DNA of 40,500 bases from Gemmatimonadales bacterium (lineage in GTDB: Bacteria > Gemmatimonadota > Gemmatimonadetes > Gemmatimonadales > GWC2-71-9). Location: the NCBI GenBank assembly GCA_041577295.1, contig JBFGJG010000036.1, positions 1-40,500 of the forward strand. The letters run 5' to 3'. Below are positions 34,985 to 40,500 of the stretch, piece after piece. Within the stretch, counting starts at the first letter, position 1; each line of letters opens with the position of its first letter. The notes under the pieces were generated by a model. That model saw only the letters and a list, made by a program, of their open reading frames with translations, ran no database searches and was not told where the DNA came from. Both the position numbers and the translations under genes were made by a program.

Positions 34985-35755
34985 ATGGGTGTCTGTCGAT
35001 CGTACTTTCACGCTTTGACCATGGGTGCTTTGCTCATCGGACTCGCAGCCTGTAGCGGAAAAGAGGTCGTCCAGGGTGAGTGTCAGCGTGCGTATGATGG
35101 CGAAATCTGTACGTGGGGAACCATGACCGGGGACAATGTCACCGAGTTCGGCGCCACCGTTCCGCTCGCGATGGTCGAGAGTGCCCCGATGCAAGGCGAG
35201 TTGGTATTCCCGCCTCCCTTTGCAGCAGTCGTGCCGCTCCCACAGGAGGTTGCCCGCCAAACCGGGTTCAACCACCTCGCCGTCAACTGGGAGTTACACG
35301 GTCATCCACCGGCATTGTTCCTGACACCGCATTTTGACTTCCACTTCTACACGATCGCCCCCGAGCGAGTGCGTGCGATCGATTGCAGCGACTTGACCAA
35401 ACCGGCAGCGCTACCGGCCGGGTACACGCTCCCCGATATCGAGATACCGGGAATCGGAATGCTGGTAGGCCTTTGCGTGCCCACCATGGGAATGCACAGC
35501 CTCTTGGAAACGGACCTCAACAAGACCGAGCCGTTTGGTGCGTCGATGGTGGTGGGATACTCAGACCAGAGCCTCATTTTCCTCGAGCCGATGATCGCCA
35601 AAGCGAAGCTCACGGCTGCCGAGTCATTCACGGTGGACGTCCCGGCCGTGCCCAACGCAGGGGCGGGCGTGCGGTGGCCAACCCACTTCGAGGCGGTCTA
35701 CGACCCAGAGACGCGTGCCTACCGATTCGTGTTCTCGGGGTTGCCGGCCGGTTAG
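34985..35755 (+). CDS. His-rich lipoprotein (DUF5602/TTHB210-like)
   Basis: GGAGG SD; lipobox LAAC; NWELHGHPP, PHFDFHFY, VPTMGMH, FLEPM. Confidence 0.75.
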   Translation: MGVCRSYFHALTMGALLIGLAACSGKEVVQGECQRAYDGEICTWGTMTGDNVTEFGATVPLAMVESAPMQGELVFPPPFAAVVPLPQEVARQTGFNHLAVNWELHGHPPALFLTPHFDFHFYTIAPERVRAIDCSDLTKPAALPAGYTLPDIEIPGIGMLVGLCVPTMGMHSLLETDLNKTEPFGASMVVGYSDQSLIFLEPMIAKAKLTAAESFTVDVPAVPNAGAGVRWPTHFEAVYDPETRAYRFVFSGLPAG

Positions 35756-35795
35756 GCGCCGGGGAGGTAGGAGAGGCAGAAGAGAAAGGAATAGG

Positions 35796-35824
35796 TTGGC
35801 TCGGGGCGATTCCCTATCTAGATT
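35796..35824 (+). promoter_or_regulatory. Candidate promoter of tRNA-Ile
   Basis: TTGGCT, 17 bp, TAGATT; ends 11 nt before the tRNA 5' end. Confidence 0.5.
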
Positions 35825-35835
35825 GCAAGCCCCTG

Positions 35836-35909
<74 letters not shown>

Positions 35910-36148
35910 TGAGAAGGAGTAGGAAGTACGTAACGCCCCGCGAGGCTCGTATGCTACGCGTGGCATTGTCGGCGTCGATCCGATCGCTCTGGAACATCAC
36001 ACCTGTTTGGCTCTGAATCCACCGTTGGAGCTGAGCGCTGCACCACCGAAGTGCGAATCCACGCTCACTGTTTTGCAGCCCACCGCACTATCGCCCCTTC
36101 GCATCTGCCTGCAATTTCGGAGAAGTCGACAGTCATCGAAACTTAAAG

Positions 36149-38416
36149 ATGAACAACGGTCTCAAAGACCAACTCCAGGCCTCGCTCGGCGACGACTTCG
36201 TCGTGGAGCGCGAACTACGGGGCGGCGGAATGTCACGACTGTTCGTGGCACTCGACCGCGCGCTCGACCGCCGGATTGCTGTCAAAGTCCTCTCTCCCGA
36301 GCTCGGCGAGGGCGTGAACATCGAGCGCTTCCAGCGAGAGATAACCATTACCGCCGGCCTGCAGCATCCCCACATCGTACCCGTGTTCGCGGCCGGTGAG
36401 ACCGGTGGGCTGCCGTACTACACCATGCCGCTCATCGACGGGGAGTCGCTGGCCGATCGGCTCACGCGCGAGAATGCACTCCCGGTGGAGCAGGTCGTGG
36501 GAATCCTTCGGGAAGTCGCGCGGGCCCTCGCCTACGCACACGGACGCGGTGTGATCCACCGCGACATCAAACCCCACAACGTGCTTCTCACAGGCAACAG
36601 CGCTACCGTGGCGGACTTTGGACTCGCAAAGGCCCTCGCTAGCGCGCGCGACGTCACCGACGACGATCTCACGAGCCCCGGGTTTTCGATGGGCACTCCC
36701 GCCTACATGGCGCCCGAGCAAGCCACCGGCGATCACACGGTCGATCACCGCGCCGATCTCTACTCGTTCGGCTGTCTGGCCTACGAGATGCTCATCCAGG
36801 AGCCGCCTTTTGAGCGCCCGTCGGCGCGAGCCGTCTTGGCCGCCCACATCGTCGACGAACCGACGCCGATCTCTGCACGGCGCCCCGATCTTCCTGCCGC
36901 ACTCACCGACCTTATCATGCGGTGCCTGGCCAAGGAACCGGACGACCGACCAGGATCGGCTGAGGAAGTGGTGCAGGCACTGAGCGCGGCCACGGTCGGG
37001 CCATCGCAGCCTGGCCAAGTGGTCGTGACCGGAACAACGCCCTCGGTCGCTGTGCTCGCCTTTGCCAACATGAGCGAGGAAACTGGCAGCGAGTTCTTCT
37101 CGGACGGCGTGACGGAGGAGATCCTCAATCGGCTGGCGCGGGTGCGCTCGCTCCGGGTCGCCGCACGGACGTCGTCGTTCGCGTTCAAGGGCCAGCAAAT
37201 CGACGTTCCCGAGATCGCGCGGCGGCTCAAGGTGGACACCGTGCTGGAAGGGAGTGTCCGACGCGCAGGGAACCAGGTGCGGATTGCGGCCCGATTGGTG
37301 AATGCCTCGGACGGCTGCCAGATCTGGGCCGATGATTACGACCGCGAGCTCCAGGATGTGTTCGCCATTCAGGACGAGATCGCCTCTTCGATCGCCACCG
37401 CGCTCACGAGTGCGCTCGCAGAGTGGCTGCATCCGACCGTCAGCCGGGCACGACCAGCGACGACCTCCGTCGACGCGTATGAGCTGTACCTGAAGGGCCG
37501 CTACTTCCTCAACCAGCGGCTCGAGGGCATGTGGAAGGCGATGGAGTATCAGCGTCGCGCGCTCGACAAAGACCCCGAGTTCGCGTTGGCGCACGCGGGG
37601 GTCGCCGAGGCGCAATTTCTCCTGACGATGTACGCGGCCGTTCCCCCCAAGGAGGGGGTTCCGCAAGCCCGAGACGCAGCCCGACGGGCCTTGGCCCTCG
37701 ATCCGACGCTCGCCGAGCCGCACACGGTGCTCGCGAACGCGGCGCTGTGGTATGACTGGAACGCGGACGAGACCCTCAGGCAGTTGAACCGCGCAGTCGA
37801 GCTCAAGCCGAGTGACCCGCTCGCCCAGTCGTGTTACGGCTACTACTTCGGGGCACTCGGGCAGTTCGACCAGGCGATCGCTCGGGTCCAAGCCGCCGTG
37901 GAGCTCGACCCACTTTCGATGTGGGCACAGAGCAACCTGGCGGTCATCTGCTACCTCGCCCGCCGATTCGATGAGGCGATCGACCATTGCCGCGCGATTA
38001 TCGAGCTCTCACCGGGATACAGCGAGGCCCACCGCTGGATGGCACTCGCGCAGCTTCAAAAGAAGCGCGTCAAGGAGGCCTTCGAAGCGATCCACACCGC
38101 AGTCTCACTCTCGCATCGGCATTTCTGGCCGCTCGCGAACCTCGGCGGGATGCTTGGCCGCGCCGGGCGCGAGAGTGACGCCCGGGCCATTCTGGCGGAG
38201 TTGGAGGAGCGAGCCAAAGGCGAATACGTGCCGCCGTTGGCAATCGCCACGGTGCATTACGGGCTCAGCGATCTCGACGCCACCTTTGCGTGGCTCGAGC
38301 GGTCGCTCGAGGAGCGAGACTTCTGGCTTCCCATGCTCGCCCACGATCCGGGGTTCGACTTTCTGAGAAAGGATCCACGCTTCACCCGGATCGTCGAGCG
38401 CGTTGCGGTGCGGTGA
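36149..38416 (+). CDS. Ser/Thr kinase with TolB-like middle domain and TPR repeats
   Basis: GGGMS, IAVK, HRDIKPHN, DFG, YMAPE; SVAVLAFANMS..FFSDGVTEEI..LRVAARTSSF; TPRs (DAYELYLKG, ALDPTLAEPH, ELDPLS). Confidence 0.94.
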   Translation: MNNGLKDQLQASLGDDFVVERELRGGGMSRLFVALDRALDRRIAVKVLSPELGEGVNIERFQREITITAGLQHPHIVPVFAAGETGGLPYYTMPLIDGESLADRLTRENALPVEQVVGILREVARALAYAHGRGVIHRDIKPHNVLLTGNSATVADFGLAKALASARDVTDDDLTSPGFSMGTPAYMAPEQATGDHTVDHRADLYSFGCLAYEMLIQEPPFERPSARAVLAAHIVDEPTPISARRPDLPAALTDLIMRCLAKEPDDRPGSAEEVVQALSAATVGPSQPGQVVVTGTTPSVAVLAFANMSEETGSEFFSDGVTEEILNRLARVRSLRVAARTSSFAFKGQQIDVPEIARRLKVDTVLEGSVRRAGNQVRIAARLVNASDGCQIWADDYDRELQDVFAIQDEIASSIATALTSALAEWLHPTVSRARPATTSVDAYELYLKGRYFLNQRLEGMWKAMEYQRRALDKDPEFALAHAGVAEAQFLLTMYAAVPPKEGVPQARDAARRALALDPTLAEPHTVLANAALWYDWNADETLRQLNRAVELKPSDPLAQSCYGYYFGALGQFDQAIARVQAAVELDPLSMWAQSNLAVICYLARRFDEAIDHCRAIIELSPGYSEAHRWMALAQLQKKRVKEAFEAIHTAVSLSHRHFWPLANLGGMLGRAGRESDARAILAELEERAKGEYVPPLAIATVHYGLSDLDATFAWLERSLEERDFWLPMLAHDPGFDFLRKDPRFTRIVERVAVR

Positions 38417-38479
38417 TCACCAATCCTTGTGCTCACGCGCCCCGCTGTAGCCGCGGGGCGCGTGCCCAGCCGATTCCAA

Positions 38480-38818
38480 CTACGTACCGTCGTCGGGCTC
38501 AATCTCCACGACGCCTCCATCAGAGGCACGGATTTCGACCTCGAGCCGCCCCGCGGGCGCGTTCACCTTCACTTCGTACAGCAGCTCACCACCCTCCATC
38601 TCCTCGGTGACCCCAGTCGCCGTACCGCCGGTGGCTTCTTCGGCGATGGCCATGGCCTGATCGGAGGTGACCGGTGGCGTGATGTTGAGCGCCGCCGCGA
38701 AGCTCGTGTTGGGGGGTTCGAACCGGATCGGGTTGTTTTGATTCGGTCCGGAGCTGCCCTGGCACGCAAACGCCGCGAGGGGCAGGAGCAGAACGGCAGG
38801 TATGGCACTGACCTTCAT
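38480..38818 (-). CDS. PepSY-domain lipoprotein
   Basis: GGAGG SD; lipobox [14 protein letters not shown]...YEVKV...[12 protein letters not shown]. Confidence 0.85.
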   Translation of the reverse strand: MKVSAIPAVLLLPLAAFACQGSSGPNQNNPIRFEPPNTSFAAALNITPPVTSDQAMAIAEEATGGTATGVTEEMEGGELLYEVKVNAPAGRLEVEIRASDGGVVEIEPDDGT

Positions 38819-38866
38819 GCGTACGCCTCCTGGTCAATAGCGAGCCAGCGGCCTGTTCCCCCAGCT

Positions 38867-38902
38867 CTACCCAGGGAGCATCTGGCACCGGAGAATGTGA
38901 CA
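38867..38902 (-). promoter_or_regulatory. Candidate ECF-sigma promoter upstream of the PepSY gene
   Basis: Minus strand TGTCACA-N15-TGCTCCCT-NNN-TAG, matching 16362-16398. Confidence 0.5.
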
Positions 38903-38998
38903 AGGAGGCCGAACGCGCTGACGCTCCCAGCGCGAGCCGATGGAACGGCGTCCGGACAGGACGTGATTCGACCGGCAGTACGCTATCTTGGACAGGAC

Positions 38999-40066
38999 AT
39001 GCCTCGTCCAACATTCCGTGGTTCCGTTTTTCCGTCGTTCCGGCAGTCCATCGTCCTTCTGGCCGCACTGGGCGGGAGCGTCACAACAACAGTGGCCGGG
39101 GCCCAGGAAAACGCCCAACCGGGGTACGATGCCCGACTGACCGCGTACGCCTACCCCTACCCCGTTCGCTTTTTTGAATTACAGACGCAGCAGCAGACAC
39201 TCGAGATGGCCTACATGGACGTCGAGCCGGCGGCGCCAAATGGCCACACGGTGCTGCTGCTTCACGGGAAGAACTTTTCAGGCGCCTACTGGGCACGCAC
39301 CATCCAAGCGCTCGAGGCAGAGGGCTACCGCGTGATCGCGCCGGATCAGATCGGTTTTGGGAAGTCCAGCAAACCCGATCGTTTCCAGTACACCTTTCAC
39401 GCACTGGCCTCGCACACCCGGGCGCTGCTCGAGTCCCGCGGAGTGAAACAGGTGACGGTGGTGGGTCACTCCATGGGTGGCATGCTCGCCACGCGCTTCG
39501 CCCTCATGTTCCCCGATCTCGCACGGCAGCTCGTGCTGGTGAACCCGCTAGGCCTCGAGGACTGGAAACGGCTCGTACCGTACCAAACCATCGAGGACCG
39601 TTACCGGCGCGCACTGACGAGCACGCCCGAGTTGATCCGGCGCTACATGCAGTCGAGCTACTTCGGTGGGGAGTGGAAGCCCGCTTACGACGCACTGGTC
39701 GCAATCCAGGCCGGCTGGACCCAGGGCCCCGACCACGACAAGCTCGCCTGGATCTCCGCACTGGCGTCTGACATGATCTTCACCCAACCGGTGGTGCACG
39801 AGTTTCCCGACATCACACAGCCCACTCTGCTCATCGTCGGCACTCGCGACCGCACCGCGCTCGGCAAGGATCAGGTCCCCGCAGAGGTGGCGGAGACCAT
39901 GGGACGGTACGATCGCTTGGGCGCGCAAGCCGCGCGCGCCATTCCGAACGCCACCCTCGTCGAGCTCGACGACGTGGGCCACGTGCCACACTGGGAGGCG
40001 TTCGACCGCTATATACGCGCGTTGAGGAGCTTTCTGGATACAGCAGATATCGAAGCTTCGCGGTGA
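38999..40066 (+). CDS. Exported alpha/beta-fold hydrolase
   Basis: [22 protein letters not shown] nucleophile elbow, GTRD, GHVPH; N-terminal signal-like segment. Confidence 0.9.
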   Translation: MPRPTFRGSVFPSFRQSIVLLAALGGSVTTTVAGAQENAQPGYDARLTAYAYPYPVRFFELQTQQQTLEMAYMDVEPAAPNGHTVLLLHGKNFSGAYWARTIQALEAEGYRVIAPDQIGFGKSSKPDRFQYTFHALASHTRALLESRGVKQVTVVGHSMGGMLATRFALMFPDLARQLVLVNPLGLEDWKRLVPYQTIEDRYRRALTSTPELIRRYMQSSYFGGEWKPAYDALVAIQAGWTQGPDHDKLAWISALASDMIFTQPVVHEFPDITQPTLLIVGTRDRTALGKDQVPAEVAETMGRYDRLGAQAARAIPNATLVELDDVGHVPHWEAFDRYIRALRSFLDTADIEASR

Positions 40067-40094
40067 CGACGTGGCACTCCCAAGTGCGGCTGAC

Positions 40095-40481
40095 CTAGCC
40101 GGTGCACCGCCCCACCGAGTTGCTCCGACGCATGTCGTAAGGCCGAACGTCCACCTCGATGCAGATTCCCGGTGAAATCCAGTAGAGCGATTCAGAACGC
40201 CAAAGGCCTGGGTCCCGTGCCACATACTGGACCTCGAGGACGAGATTCACGTCGGTATCGTACGTGAAGCTGCCGCGCTCCTGTTTTCCGGCCACGGCGA
40301 ATGCCACCCGACGGCAAGTCGGACTCGGGCACACGCGGACGATGACGTTCTCGAGCGCGCGATTGATGACCAAAACCTCCACCTCGTTGGGGACTTCGGC
40401 CGCTACCTCGTCGAGATTTTCGGCCACCGACTGCCCACAGGCCATCACGAGCACGAGCAAAAACGACGTGTACCGCATCAT
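40095..40481 (-). CDS. Hypothetical lipoprotein
   Basis: MMRYTSFLLVLVMAC lipobox-like N-terminus; beta-rich body with four further Cys; start could be 40478-40493. Confidence 0.7.
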   Translation of the reverse strand: MMRYTSFLLVLVMACGQSVAENLDEVAAEVPNEVEVLVINRALENVIVRVCPSPTCRRVAFAVAGKQERGSFTYDTDVNLVLEVQYVARDPGLWRSESLYWISPGICIEVDVRPYDMRRSNSVGRCTG

Positions 40482-40500
40482 GTGATTTGCCAAGCGCCTG

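Noticed and set aside
36233..37987. 584-aa antisense ORF (also 19934-21052, 8709-9521, 26148-26948 and similar)
   Set aside because: Shadow ORFs opposite well-supported genes, expected in high-GC DNA; no recognisable motifs.

Overview
GC-rich, gene-dense bacterial chromosomal segment. The content (several eukaryote-like Ser/Thr kinases, an ADOP-type duplicated permease, a TonB-dependent receptor, many lipoproteins) suggests Gemmatimonadota or a similar diderm; this is inference, not a placement. I find about 34 CDS, one truncated ArsR-family gene and one stand-alone tRNA-Ile(GAT), with no transposase, integrase, rRNA or CRISPR array. The main feature is a three-gene operon (19664-24880) encoding a eukaryote/peroxisome-type ether-lipid pathway: alkyl-DHAP synthase (AGPS), a fused fatty-acyl reductase/DHAP acyltransferase (FARAT-like), and an extended SDR that is a candidate alkyl-DHAP reductase. 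Other notable items: two apparent CTG start codons coupled to upstream stops, a structured leader RNA with a terminator and an alternative pairing upstream of a subtilase, a candidate ECF promoter motif shared by two loci 22 kb apart, readable operators for three repressors, an orphan wHTH/degenerate-nucleotidyltransferase gene, and a kinase-FGE-like-hydrolase receptor fusion. Family calls come from motif recognition only; no database searches were run.
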